64,000 nucleotides of DNA from an uncultured Flavobacteriaceae bacterium. GTDB lineage: Bacteria > Bacteroidota > Bacteroidia > Flavobacteriales > Flavobacteriaceae. Positions 1-10,204 of the stretch are shown here, piece after piece. Position 1 is the stretch's first letter. The number at the start of each line of letters is the position of its first letter. A model generated the notes under the pieces. It saw nothing but the letters and a program-made list of their open reading frames with translations. It did not search any database and was not told the origin of the DNA. The translations under genes and the position numbers were made by a program. The stretch covers positions 13,998 to 77,997 of the forward strand of contig CAZWAN010000004.1 of the NCBI GenBank assembly GCA_964631875.1, read 5' to 3'.

Positions 1-1158
1 GGGGGATTAGATACTTCTTATTGCGCCATGTATTTGTCAAAAGAAGAGAATTTTGAGGTGCATGCCGTAAGCGTAAATACCGGAGGTTTTAGTAAAGAAG
101 AAATCTCCGAAATAAGGGATAAGGCTTTGAAATTAGGTGTGACAAGTTATAAGTCGCTCGATGCTGTTCAAACTTTTTATGAAAAAGTAGTGAAATACCT
201 AATTTATGGAAATGTATTAAAGAATAACACATACCCGCTGAGTGTGAGTGCCGAAAGGATTATACAGGCCATTGAAATTGTTGAATATGCCAAGAAAATT
301 GGGGCTAAGTACATTGCTCACGGAAGTACAGGGGCAGGAAATGATCAGGTAAGGTTTGATATGATTTTTCAAATTTTGGCACCCGAAATTGAAATTATTA
401 CGCCTATTAGAGATAAGAAATTGGCAAGACAGGAAGAAATAGATTACTTGCAGGCCAACGGAATTGATTATTCTTGGGAAAAGGCCAAGTATTCTATCAA
501 CAGAGGTTTATGGGGAACAAGTGTTGGTGGACAAGAAACTTTAACATCTAAAGATGCTTTACCAAACGAAGCTTATCCGAGTCAGCTTATTCAGCATGAT
601 CCGAAAAACATCACCTTAAGCTTTAAAAAGGGAGAGCTGGTTTCTATTAATGGAGAAAAAGATACACCCGTAAATAATATCGAAAAATTGAATAAAATAG
701 CATCCGGTTATGCGATAGGAAGGGATATTCATGTGGGAGATACCATCATAGGTATAAAAGGGAGAGTTGGATTTGAAGCAGCGGCGTCACTTATCATCAT
801 TAAAGCACATCATCTATTGGAAAAGCACACCCTTACCAAGTGGCAACAATTTCAGAAAGAACAATTAGGGAATTGGTACGGAATGATGCTACATGAGGGT
901 CATTATTTGGACGAGGTCATGCGAAATATTGAAGTTTTTCTGGAAGATACGCAAAGGTATGTGACAGGTGATGTATTTTTAACACTGCACCCGTACAGAT
1001 TTACCTTAAATGGTATTGAATCTGAACACGATTTGATGAATTCATCTTTTGCCAGTTATGGTGAAAGTAATGAAGGATGGACGGCTGATGATGCAAAAGG
1101 TTTTATAAAAATTACTGCCAATCAAGGAAAGATATTTAATCATGTAAACAAAGGCTGA
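1..1158 (+). CDS. argG: argininosuccinate synthase, 5'-truncated by the window edge
   Basis: Frame 1 is open from nt 1 (GGLDTSYCA precedes the listed Met), matching the N-terminal ATP-binding region of ArgG. AHGSTGAGNDQVRF motif present. First gene of the arg cluster. Confidence 0.9.
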   Translation, partial: GGLDTSYCAMYLSKEENFEVHAVSVNTGGFSKEEISEIRDKALKLGVTSYKSLDAVQTFYEKVVKYLIYGNVLKNNTYPLSVSAERIIQAIEIVEYAKKIGAKYIAHGSTGAGNDQVRFDMIFQILAPEIEIITPIRDKKLARQEEIDYLQANGIDYSWEKAKYSINRGLWGTSVGGQETLTSKDALPNEAYPSQLIQHDPKNITLSFKKGELVSINGEKDTPVNNIEKLNKIASGYAIGRDIHVGDTIIGIKGRVGFEAAASLIIIKAHHLLEKHTLTKWQQFQKEQLGNWYGMMLHEGHYLDEVMRNIEVFLEDTQRYVTGDVFLTLHPYRFTLNGIESEHDLMNSSFASYGESNEGWTADDAKGFIKITANQGKIFNHVNKG

Positions 1159-1159
1159 T

Positions 1160-2140
1160 ATGTTAATTAGAGCTGGAATTGTAGGTGGAGCAGGTTATAC
1201 AGCGGGAGAGTTGATCAGGATATTAATCCACCATCCCCACGTAAAGATCGATTTTATTTACAGTACATCAAACGCGGGTAATCCTGTGTCGAAAATTCAT
1301 CAGGACCTGCTCGGTGAGACAGATCTTTATTTTACGGATCGGATTAATTTGGAAGTTGATGTCTTGTTTTTGTGTTTAGGTCATGGTCATTCTAAAACTT
1401 TTTTACTTGAAAACCGCTTTTCTGAAACCACAAAAATCATCGACCTGAGTAATGATTTTAGGTTGACCAAAGATGCAATTTTTGAAGGAAGAAAATTTGT
1501 TTACGGTTTGCCCGAGCTGAATTCAAATGTTATAAAAAACTCAGACAACATTGCTAATCCGGGTTGCTTTGCTACGGCCATACAGTTGGCTTTATTGCCA
1601 TTGGCTAAGATGGGTTTCATTTGCGATGACATTCATGTAAATGCCGTTACCGGAGCTACAGGTGCCGGGACTTCCTTGTCGCCGACTACGCATTTTACCT
1701 GGCGCGATAATAATTTTTCATCCTACAAAGTATTTACACATCAGCATTTGGGTGAAATCGAGCAGAGTTTGGGTCAATTACAAGCAGGAATGGACCATGA
1801 GGTATACTTTATTCCAAATAGAGGGAATTTTAGCAGGGGAATTTTTGCAAGCACTTATACTGTCTATAACGGATCAGTTGAGGAGGCAAGGCTCTTGTAC
1901 AAGGATTTTTATCGAGATTCGGCCTTTACTTTTATTTCTGATGAAGAGATCCATTTAAAGCAAGTGGTCAATACCAATAAATGTTTGCTTCATTTAAAAG
2001 TATTCAGAGGTAAATTATTAATAACAAGCGTGATCGATAACCTCTTAAAAGGGGCATCGGGACAAGCGGTTCAAAACATGAATCTAATTTTTGGACTTGA
2101 CGAAAAAACAGGTTTACAATTAAAGGCAAATTATTTTTAA
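1160..2140 (+). CDS. argC: N-acetyl-gamma-glutamyl-phosphate reductase
   Basis: N-terminal GGAGYTAGELIRIL Rossmann motif, catalytic-Cys region NPGCFATA, typical 326 aa, 1 nt after argG. Confidence 0.9.
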   Translation: MLIRAGIVGGAGYTAGELIRILIHHPHVKIDFIYSTSNAGNPVSKIHQDLLGETDLYFTDRINLEVDVLFLCLGHGHSKTFLLENRFSETTKIIDLSNDFRLTKDAIFEGRKFVYGLPELNSNVIKNSDNIANPGCFATAIQLALLPLAKMGFICDDIHVNAVTGATGAGTSLSPTTHFTWRDNNFSSYKVFTHQHLGEIEQSLGQLQAGMDHEVYFIPNRGNFSRGIFASTYTVYNGSVEEARLLYKDFYRDSAFTFISDEEIHLKQVVNTNKCLLHLKVFRGKLLITSVIDNLLKGASGQAVQNMNLIFGLDEKTGLQLKANYF

Positions 2141-2149
2141 ACAATACAT

Positions 2150-2947
2150 ATGAAAATAGGAATTATTGGGGTGGGTAACTTAGGATATTCTGTAGCAGTT
2201 GGAATATTGAGTGAAAAACAACACATTAAATGTAAATCGTTGTATTTGTCTAAGAGAAATCCAAAATCTTTAGAGAATATCGGTAATTTATCTGTGGTAA
2301 AGATCACAACCGAAAATAAAAGATTAGTAAAGTATTCTGAGGTGATTATTATAGCCGTACAACCGGCTCAATTAAAAGGTGTTTTGGAAGAGATCAAAGA
2401 TGAGATCAATCCAAAAAGACATACCATTATTTCTGTCGTTACCGGAAGAAAAATAAGTGATATTGAAGCAGTTTTAGGAAACAATGTAGCGATTATCAGA
2501 TGTATGCCCAACACAGCAATTTCAGTAGGCCAATCTATGACCTGTATTTCTGCCAACGAAGAAGGAAAGGGCAATGTAGCATACGCCAAGACTATTTTTA
2601 ACGCCTTAGGAAAAACGATGTGCATTGAAGAGAACCTGATGCAGGCAGCTACGGTTATCTGTGCAAGCGGTATAGCTTTTTGGATGCGGTTGATCAGAGC
2701 AACATCACAAGGGGCAGTTCAGTTAGGATTTCATAGTGATGAAGCACTAGCCTTGTCTATGCAAACATGTTTGGGTGCGGCCAGTTTATTAATTGACAGT
2801 AGAAGTCACCCTGAAGAAGAAATCGACAAAGTGACAACTCCAAGCGGATGTACCATTGAGGGTCTGAATGAAATGGAGCACCAGGGTTTGAGTTCATCCC
2901 TCATTCGAGGACTTGTTGCTTCATTTGAAAAAATTAATGAAATTTAA
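2150..2947 (+). CDS. proC: pyrroline-5-carboxylate reductase
   Basis: IGIIGVGNLG NAD(P) motif and C-terminal VTTPSGCTIEGL P5CR signature; 265 aa. Confidence 0.85.
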   Translation: MKIGIIGVGNLGYSVAVGILSEKQHIKCKSLYLSKRNPKSLENIGNLSVVKITTENKRLVKYSEVIIIAVQPAQLKGVLEEIKDEINPKRHTIISVVTGRKISDIEAVLGNNVAIIRCMPNTAISVGQSMTCISANEEGKGNVAYAKTIFNALGKTMCIEENLMQAATVICASGIAFWMRLIRATSQGAVQLGFHSDEALALSMQTCLGAASLLIDSRSHPEEEIDKVTTPSGCTIEGLNEMEHQGLSSSLIRGLVASFEKINEI

Positions 2948-2952
2948 AAAGC

Positions 2953-4080
2953 ATGGACTTATTTGACGTTTATCCGGTTTATCCAATTACTCCTGTCTCT
3001 GCCAAAGGCTGTTATGTTTATGATGAAAAGGGGACAAAATACCTCGATCTATATGGAGGTCATGGCGTTATCTCGATTGGTCATACCCAAGAGGACTACG
3101 TAAAAGCATTGACAGAACAACTGAAGAAGATTGGGTTCTATTCCAATTCGATCATCAACCCAATTCAGATGGCGCTGGCAAAAAAACTTGGAAAGTTATC
3201 AGGATTTGACAATTATACCTTGTTTTTATGTAATTCCGGAGCCGAGTCAAATGAAAATGCGTTAAAATTAGCTTCATTTTACACAGGGAAAAAACGTGTG
3301 ATTGCCTTTGACAATGCTTTTCACGGCAGAACTTCAGCGGCTGTAGCCGTTACAGATAACATAAAAATAAATGCACCGATCAATCAGCAACAAGTATGTA
3401 CATTTTTACCCTTGAATGAAATTGATCTAGTGGAGAAGGAGCTTTCCAAAAATGATGTTTGCGCGATTATCATTGAGGGAATTCAAGGTGTTGGCGGATT
3501 AGATGAAGGAACTACTTCTTTTTTCAGGGACTTGGAAAGACTTTGTAAAAAGTATGAGGTGATCTTAATTGCCGATGAGATCCAATCAGGTTATGGAAGA
3601 AGCGGAAAGTTTTTTGCTTTTCAATATCACGGTATATTGCCTGATCTCATCACCACGGCGAAGGGAATGGGAAACGGCTTTCCCATAGGAGGTGTTTTGA
3701 TCTCACCAAAATTTAAAGCGACTTATGGTTTGTTGGGGACAACTTTTGGCGGCAATCATTTAGCTTGTTCAGCGGCTTTGGCTGTTTTGGATGTGATCCA
3801 ACGAGATGACCTCATCTCAAATGTCAATTCGGTTTCTAAGGATTTTGTTGAAAAGGTAAAAGAAATTCCTCAAGTAAAAAAAATAAAGGGAAAGGGTCTG
3901 ATGCTGGGTTTGGAATTTGATTTTGATGTGGCTGAATTGAGAAAAAATCTCATCCTGGGAGAACACATCTTTACAGGTGGTGCATCCAATAAAAAGCTTT
4001 TGAGAATATTACCGCCCTTAACTATTTCCACAACACAACTAGATAATTTTATCGTGTCGCTTAAAAGGGTTTTGAATTAA
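2953..4080 (+). CDS. argD: class-III aminotransferase (acetyl-/succinyl-ornithine aminotransferase)
   Basis: Class III PLP aminotransferase motifs (CNSGAESNE, ADEIQSGYGRSGKFFA, TTAKGMGNGFP with the PLP Lys); operon context. Confidence 0.85.
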   Translation: MDLFDVYPVYPITPVSAKGCYVYDEKGTKYLDLYGGHGVISIGHTQEDYVKALTEQLKKIGFYSNSIINPIQMALAKKLGKLSGFDNYTLFLCNSGAESNENALKLASFYTGKKRVIAFDNAFHGRTSAAVAVTDNIKINAPINQQQVCTFLPLNEIDLVEKELSKNDVCAIIIEGIQGVGGLDEGTTSFFRDLERLCKKYEVILIADEIQSGYGRSGKFFAFQYHGILPDLITTAKGMGNGFPIGGVLISPKFKATYGLLGTTFGGNHLACSAALAVLDVIQRDDLISNVNSVSKDFVEKVKEIPQVKKIKGKGLMLGLEFDFDVAELRKNLILGEHIFTGGASNKKLLRILPPLTISTTQLDNFIVSLKRVLN

Positions 4081-4083
4081 AAG

Positions 4084-5280
4084 ATGAATAGGACATTAAG
4101 CATAAATCAAAGGAATTCTGTTTTGAAAAAAATGGCTGAGCTTTTGCAAATAAGCAGAACAGAGATTATTGTTGCAAATCAAAAGGACCTAAAAAGTTTT
4201 GATGAATCGGATCTCGCCATGTACGATCGTTTAAAGGTTGACGATGAAAAAATTGACGGTATGATACGATCTTTAGAACAGTTGGCAAGGCAAGAAGATC
4301 CGTTGGGCAAAGAGCGCTTTTCTTTTGTGCATGAAAACGGCTTAAAAATAGAGAATCGCACTGCTCCATTTGGAACGATTTTAATTATTTACGAATCTAG
4401 ACCAGATGTGACTATAGAGGCTGCAGGTATTGCGTTTAAGTCGGGCAATAAAATTTTACTCAAGGGTGGAAAGGAATCTTTTCATTCTAATAAAACCATA
4501 GTACAACTTTGGCAGGAATCTTTGAAATTAAATTCAATCGATGAAAATTGGGTTGAATATTTGGATTTTAACAGACAAGAAACACAGGATTTTTTAAGAA
4601 ATCCGAACCAAAAAATTGATTTGATCATACCTAGAGGAGGTGAAAAATTGATTCAATTTGTCAAAACAAATGCCACTTGTCCTGTGATCGTCAGCGGCCG
4701 TGGAAATAATTTCGTTTATGTTGAATCTTCTGCAGATCAGGAAAAATCACTTGAAATCATCGTCAATGCAAAAGTCACTAAAATATCTGCTTGCAATGCA
4801 TTAGATAAAGTTTTGATCGATAAACAATTGCCAAATTTTGATGATTTTGTTCAAAAATTGATCGCAAAACTTAAGACATTTGATGTGCAAATTTTAGGTG
4901 ATGCGGCCTGTTCTGCACATAACGGAATAGAGAAGATTGAGAATGACCAAATATGGTACGAAGAGTTCTTAGACTATAAAATCGTTATTGGTCAGGTTGA
5001 GGGGATGCAAGAAGCGATGGACAGCATCAACCAATTTGGGGGTGGACACTCGGCATGTATTTTGACGAAGAATGATAAAATGGCGAAAGAATTTATGGAG
5101 GAAGTCGATGCAGCGGCGGTTTATCAAAATGCTTCTACAAGGTTTACAGACGGGTTTCAATTTGGTCTTGGTGGAGAATTGGCCATTAGCACAGATAAAT
5201 TACACCAAAGAGGCCCTATAGGATTGGAACATTTGGTGACGAACAAATGGTATGTATATGGAGAAGGTCAGATCAGATAA
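4084..5280 (+). CDS. proA: glutamate-5-semialdehyde dehydrogenase
   Basis: ESRPDVT and KISACNALDK (catalytic Cys) ProA motifs; 398 aa. Confidence 0.85.
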   Translation: MNRTLSINQRNSVLKKMAELLQISRTEIIVANQKDLKSFDESDLAMYDRLKVDDEKIDGMIRSLEQLARQEDPLGKERFSFVHENGLKIENRTAPFGTILIIYESRPDVTIEAAGIAFKSGNKILLKGGKESFHSNKTIVQLWQESLKLNSIDENWVEYLDFNRQETQDFLRNPNQKIDLIIPRGGEKLIQFVKTNATCPVIVSGRGNNFVYVESSADQEKSLEIIVNAKVTKISACNALDKVLIDKQLPNFDDFVQKLIAKLKTFDVQILGDAACSAHNGIEKIENDQIWYEEFLDYKIVIGQVEGMQEAMDSINQFGGGHSACILTKNDKMAKEFMEEVDAAAVYQNASTRFTDGFQFGLGGELAISTDKLHQRGPIGLEHLVTNKWYVYGEGQIR

Positions 5281-6040
5281 AAAAAGAGTTTTGCTCAAGA
5301 TAGGCACGAACACGTTAACCCGTGAAACCGATCAAATCTCAAGAGGAAAAATTGAAGATATAGCTCGTCAAATTTTCCGGTTAAAAGACAGCTGTGAGTT
5401 TGTCATCGTGAGCTCAGGGGCTATCGCTGTAGCCAAACAATTTGTAAAATTGGAAAGTAATGGAAAGGCAATAACAGTGAAACAAGCTTTAGCGGCCATC
5501 GGACAGCCCCATTTGATGCGTATTTTTCAAGAGAATTTCAGGGAATTAGGGCTTTTAACTTCCCAATGTTTATTGTCTTATCCGGATTTTGAAAGAGAAA
5601 CTTCCAGAGAAAATATCTATAATACACTGAATGTATTGGTACAAAACGGGTATATTCCCATCATTAATGAAAATGATACGGTTGCTACTGAAGAAATTCA
5701 ATTTGGCGACAATGATAAATTGGCTGCCTTGACCGGAAGCTTATTGGGGGTGGATCTTGTTATCATCGCCACTAATACAGATGGGATATATACCAAAGAA
5801 TCTATAGAATGTGGTGAAAGAGTTACCATTGATAGGGTAGAAAGTATCGCTGATTTAAGAAATGAGGTGATGGTAGGAAGATCAAGTCATGGTACAGGAG
5901 GAATGCAATCTAAAATTGATGCTGCTGAAATTTTGTACAAGCACGAAATAGAAACATGGATCGTAAATGGTTTGAAGGATAATTTTATTTTAAATGCCTT
6001 TGACAACACAATTCCATTTACCAAAATTGGGAGAAAATGA
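5252..6040 (+). CDS. proB: glutamate 5-kinase, short form without PUA domain
   Basis: Amino-acid kinase fold (KIGTN..., INENDTVATEE..FGDNDKLAA). The start could be ATG 5252 or 5258. Overlaps the proA 3' end. Confidence 0.8.
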   Translation: MYMEKVRSDKKRVLLKIGTNTLTRETDQISRGKIEDIARQIFRLKDSCEFVIVSSGAIAVAKQFVKLESNGKAITVKQALAAIGQPHLMRIFQENFRELGLLTSQCLLSYPDFERETSRENIYNTLNVLVQNGYIPIINENDTVATEEIQFGDNDKLAALTGSLLGVDLVIIATNTDGIYTKESIECGERVTIDRVESIADLRNEVMVGRSSHGTGGMQSKIDAAEILYKHEIETWIVNGLKDNFILNAFDNTIPFTKIGRK

Positions 6041-6993
6041 AGCATTATTTGTCAGTAAATGATATCAACTCGCCCGAGGTTTGGGTGAAAGAAGCCTTAG
6101 AGATAAAGAGCCAACCAATTCAAAAAGAAATTGGAGCGGGAAAAACATTGGGCTTGCTGTTCTTTAACAATAGTTTGAGAACCCGTTTGAGTACGCAAAA
6201 GGCAGCCATGAATTTAGGGATGGAAAGTATGGTTATGAATTTTAACAATGAAGGATGGGCCTTAGAGTTTGAAGAGGGAGTTATCATGAATCAGGGAAAA
6301 TCTGAACATATCAAGGAAGCTGCCCAGGTGATATCTCAATACTGTGATATCATTGCAATTAGGGCTTTCCCCACTTTAACGGACAAGGAAAAGGACAAGG
6401 CTGAAGAAGTTTTGAATGGGTTTAAAAAATATGCTTCCGTTCCCATTGTAAACATGGAAAGCTCAATTGGGCACCCTTTACAGGCTTTGGCCGATGCCAT
6501 TACCATAGAGGAATATAAAACAAAAGAAAGACCAAAAGTTGTATTGAGCTGGGCGCCACATCCCCGGGCATTGCCACATGCGGTTGCCAATTCATTTGTG
6601 CAAATGATGCAAAAAAGTAATGTCGATTTTGTGATCACTCACCCTGAGGGATACGAGTTAGATCCTGAGATTACTCAAGGCTCCAAAATTGAAAGGGATC
6701 AATTAAAAGCCTTTGAAAATGCGGATTTTGTTTACGTGAAAAACTGGAGTTCTTTTAAAGATTACGGAAAAGTATTGAATCAGGACCCAAGCTGGACCAT
6801 CTCAAATAAACAGATGAGCAAGACGAACAAGGCAAAATTCATGCATTGTTTACCGGTTCGAAGAAATGTGGTTGTAGCCGATGAGGTTTTAGACAGCGAT
6901 CAGTCTATTGTGATCCATCAGGCTAACAATAGGACTTACTCAGCTCAATTGGTTTTAAAAAAGATCCTGGAAGGAATGAAATCGGAGATATGA
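6037..6993 (+). CDS. argF': argF'-type N-acyl-ornithine carbamoyltransferase, probably N-succinylornithine-specific
   Basis: SLRTR replaces the STRTR carbamoyl-phosphate motif, and HCLPVRRN is present. High by-eye similarity to my recollection of Bacteroides fragilis SOTCase. ATGA overlap with proB. Confidence 0.8.
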   Translation: MKHYLSVNDINSPEVWVKEALEIKSQPIQKEIGAGKTLGLLFFNNSLRTRLSTQKAAMNLGMESMVMNFNNEGWALEFEEGVIMNQGKSEHIKEAAQVISQYCDIIAIRAFPTLTDKEKDKAEEVLNGFKKYASVPIVNMESSIGHPLQALADAITIEEYKTKERPKVVLSWAPHPRALPHAVANSFVQMMQKSNVDFVITHPEGYELDPEITQGSKIERDQLKAFENADFVYVKNWSSFKDYGKVLNQDPSWTISNKQMSKTNKAKFMHCLPVRRNVVVADEVLDSDQSIVIHQANNRTYSAQLVLKKILEGMKSEI

Positions 6994-7769
6994 AAGAAAG
7001 TTTAAAAATCTTAAAAATAGGGGGGAATGTGATCAATGATCCTGCAGCCTTATCAAAATTTCTGTTCCATTTCGCGAAAATTCCTTCGAGAAAAATTCTA
7101 GTTCATGGAGGGGGAAAAAGGGCCTCTGAAATGGCAAAGGATTTAGGATTAGAACCTAAAATGGTGAATGGCAGGAGAATTACCGACCCGGCTACTTTGG
7201 AAATTGTTACCATGGTTTATGCGGGTTTACTCAATAAAAATATAGTTAGTGGTTTACAAAAGAACCATTGTAATGCGATAGGATTGAGCGGAGCTGATGG
7301 CAATACAATCATTGCGCATAAGAGAATAGTGGAGGAGATTGATTACGGTTTTGCGGGTGATATCGATCAGATTGGGGTCAAAACAATTTCGAACTTATTG
7401 AACAGCGATTTGACACCTGTTTTTTGTGCAATTACACACGATGCCGAAGGTCAATTATTAAATACGAATGCAGATACCATAGCCAGTGAACTGGCAGTAG
7501 CCATGTCAGAAAAATATAAGGTAGAATTGGTGTATTGTTTCGAGAAAAATGGCGTTTTGGAAGATGTGAATGATGAGGATTCCGTTATTGAAAGAATCAA
7601 CCTCTCCTATTTTGAAGAACTTAAAAATAATGGAATTGTTGTAGCCGGGATGTTACCCAAACTGCAAAATTGTTTTGCTGCACTTGAGAAGGGTGTTGAA
7701 GAAGTGATCATTGGGAGTCCGAATGTTTTCTACCAAACCCAACAAAAATATACAAGGCTGTGCTTATGA
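6990..7769 (+). CDS. argB: acetylglutamate kinase
   Basis: KIGGNV..., HGGG, and NTNADT amino-acid-kinase motifs; 259 aa; ATGA overlap with argF'. Confidence 0.85.
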   Translation: MKESLKILKIGGNVINDPAALSKFLFHFAKIPSRKILVHGGGKRASEMAKDLGLEPKMVNGRRITDPATLEIVTMVYAGLLNKNIVSGLQKNHCNAIGLSGADGNTIIAHKRIVEEIDYGFAGDIDQIGVKTISNLLNSDLTPVFCAITHDAEGQLLNTNADTIASELAVAMSEKYKVELVYCFEKNGVLEDVNDEDSVIERINLSYFEELKNNGIVVAGMLPKLQNCFAALEKGVEEVIIGSPNVFYQTQQKYTRLCL

Positions 7770-8824
7770 AAGAGAAACTGTACAATGAAAGCATCGCGTT
7801 ATTGCAAAAGTTAATTGCAACTCAATCTTTCTCGGGTGAGGAACAGTTTACTTCGGAAATACTGTTTAACTATTTATCCAATTATTGTGAGCATGTTCAC
7901 CGAAAAGGCAATAATATTTGGGTAAAGAACAAACATTTTGATGGTTCAAAACCAACTATTTTACTGAATTCTCATCATGATACGGTCAGACCAAATAAAG
8001 GTTACCAGAAAGACCCTTTTCATCCGGAAATTGTAGATGGCAAATTGTATGGTTTGGGAAGTAATGATGCCGGGGGTTGCTTAGTGAGCCTCATCGCCAC
8101 ATTTTTGTTTTTTAATGAGAAAAAGAAGCTAAGTTATAATCTCGTATTAGTAGCTTCGGCAGAAGAAGAGAGCTCTGGAGAAAATGGCATTCGGAGTGTT
8201 TTACCTGATTTACCCGAAATCGATTTTGCCATTGTAGGTGAACCCACTTCATTCAATTTGGCAATTGCCGAAAAAGGACTGCTCGTGCTTGATTGTTATG
8301 CCCATGGAACACCCGGGCACGCAGCACATAGTAAAGGAGATAATTCGATCTACCATGCACTGGAGGCCATCGCATGGTTTAAAGCATATCATTTTCCTGA
8401 AATTTCAGAAACCTTGGGCGAAGTAAAAATGACCGTCACACAAATAGAGGCAGGTGATCAACACAACGTTGTGCCCTCTACATGTCATTTCGTAGTAGAT
8501 ATTCGGGTAAATGATAAATACAGTAATCTTGAAGTGCTCGAAAAAGTAAAAAGTGCCGTCAAAGTTGATGTTAAGGAGCGTTCTTTAAGGTTAAATTCAT
8601 CTTTTATTCCAAAAGAGCACCCCATTGTTCAGGCCGGGATCAGGTTAGGAAGAGAAACCTATGGATCGCCAACCTTGTCGGATCAGTCTAACTTGACTTG
8701 TTATTCTTTAAAACTAGGTCCGGGAGATTCCTTGCGATCTCATACCGCAGATGAGTTTATTTATTTAAAGGAAATAGAGGAGGGAATAAGTTTATATATA
8801 CAATTATTAGAAGAAATCTTATAG
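7766..8824 (+). CDS. argE: M20 family metallohydrolase (acetyl-/succinyl-ornithine deacylase)
   Basis: M20 motifs (LLNSHHDTV, GSNDAGG, ASAEEESSG). ATG 7766 overlaps the argB TGA (ATGA), so I prefer it to the GTG at 7760 in the ORF track. Confidence 0.8.
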   Translation: MKEKLYNESIALLQKLIATQSFSGEEQFTSEILFNYLSNYCEHVHRKGNNIWVKNKHFDGSKPTILLNSHHDTVRPNKGYQKDPFHPEIVDGKLYGLGSNDAGGCLVSLIATFLFFNEKKKLSYNLVLVASAEEESSGENGIRSVLPDLPEIDFAIVGEPTSFNLAIAEKGLLVLDCYAHGTPGHAAHSKGDNSIYHALEAIAWFKAYHFPEISETLGEVKMTVTQIEAGDQHNVVPSTCHFVVDIRVNDKYSNLEVLEKVKSAVKVDVKERSLRLNSSFIPKEHPIVQAGIRLGRETYGSPTLSDQSNLTCYSLKLGPGDSLRSHTADEFIYLKEIEEGISLYIQLLEEIL

Positions 8825-8838
8825 AAAAAAAGGAAACC

Positions 8839-10125
8839 ATGAAACTCTGGGAAAAAGGATTTAGTACAGATAAAAAAATTGATTTATTTACTGTTGGTAA
8901 CGACAGAGAATTAGATTTGGTCTTGGCAAAATATGATGTGATCGGTTCTTTGGCCCATAGTAAAATGCTGCATGAAATTGGCTTGTTGAGTCAAAGTGAG
9001 ATGATGGCAATCGAGGGTGAACTCTCAGAAATTTTGAAAAGCATTGAAAAAGGATCATTTTTAATTGAAGACGCTTTCGAGGATGTTCATTCTAAGGTAG
9101 AATTTCTTCTCACAGAGAAACTTGGAGATACCGGAAAAAAAATACATACAGCAAGATCAAGGAATGATCAGGTTTTGGTTGACATGCATCTATATTTAAG
9201 AGATGAGATCACGGAAATTAAGAACTTGGTTCAGGTTTTTTTCGATCTTTTGATTTCATTGGCTGATCAATATAAAGATATTTTATTACCGGGCTATACC
9301 CATTTTCAGGTGGCAATGCCTTCCTCTTTTGGCATGTGGTTTTCAGCCTATGCAGAAAGTTTGATCGATGATATATATATGTTAAATGCCGCTTATAAAG
9401 TGGTTAATCAAAATCCTTTGGGTTCAGCTGCGGGCTATGGCAGTTCTTTTCCAATAGACAGGGAATCAACCACCAGAACCTTGGGATTTGATACTTTAAA
9501 GTATAATGCTGTTGCCGCCCAAATGAGCAGAGGTAAAGCAGAAAAAACAGTTTCTTTTGCCATCAGTTCTTTGGCAGGAACCATGTCTAAGTTTGCCTAT
9601 GATATCTGTTTATACATGAGTCAGAATTTTGGTTTTGTTTCATTTCCGGATGAATTGACTACAGGCTCGAGTATCATGCCACATAAAAAGAATCCTGATG
9701 TATTCGAATTGATCAGGGGAAAATGCAATAAAATACAGGCTCTGCCCTATGAATTAACCCTTGTTACCAATAACCTTCCAAGTGGTTACCACAGGGATTT
9801 TCAATTGCTTAAAGAGGGTTTAATGCCGGCCTTGCAAAATATCAAAGCTTGTTTGGAAATGTTCACTTTTTCGTTGAAGGAAATAAAGGTCAAAAAGGAT
9901 ATAGTTGAAGCCGAGATGTACGATTATTTGTTTAGTGTAGAGGAGGTGAATGAGTTGGTTCAAAATGGAACTCCTTTTAGAGATGCCTATAAAATTATAG
10001 GTCAGAAAATTGAAAAAGGTGGATTTAAACCAAATCGGAAAATCAAACACACACATATAGGAAGTGTTGGGAATCTTGCATTAGACAGGATCCGGGAAAA
10101 AATGAAATCGGCTATTGCCATATAA
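8839..10125 (+). CDS. argH: argininosuccinate lyase
   Basis: Fumarate-lyase signature GSSIMPHKKNPD and TARSRNDQV; 428 aa; last gene of the operon. Confidence 0.9.
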   Translation: MKLWEKGFSTDKKIDLFTVGNDRELDLVLAKYDVIGSLAHSKMLHEIGLLSQSEMMAIEGELSEILKSIEKGSFLIEDAFEDVHSKVEFLLTEKLGDTGKKIHTARSRNDQVLVDMHLYLRDEITEIKNLVQVFFDLLISLADQYKDILLPGYTHFQVAMPSSFGMWFSAYAESLIDDIYMLNAAYKVVNQNPLGSAAGYGSSFPIDRESTTRTLGFDTLKYNAVAAQMSRGKAEKTVSFAISSLAGTMSKFAYDICLYMSQNFGFVSFPDELTTGSSIMPHKKNPDVFELIRGKCNKIQALPYELTLVTNNLPSGYHRDFQLLKEGLMPALQNIKACLEMFTFSLKEIKVKKDIVEAEMYDYLFSVEEVNELVQNGTPFRDAYKIIGQKIEKGGFKPNRKIKHTHIGSVGNLALDRIREKMKSAIAI

Positions 10126-10204
10126 AATACTTGGATTGAGTTGATATTTAAACATTGCATTTAAAAAAAATGTAATTTAGTTCTAATCAACTAACCAAGA
10201 CATT

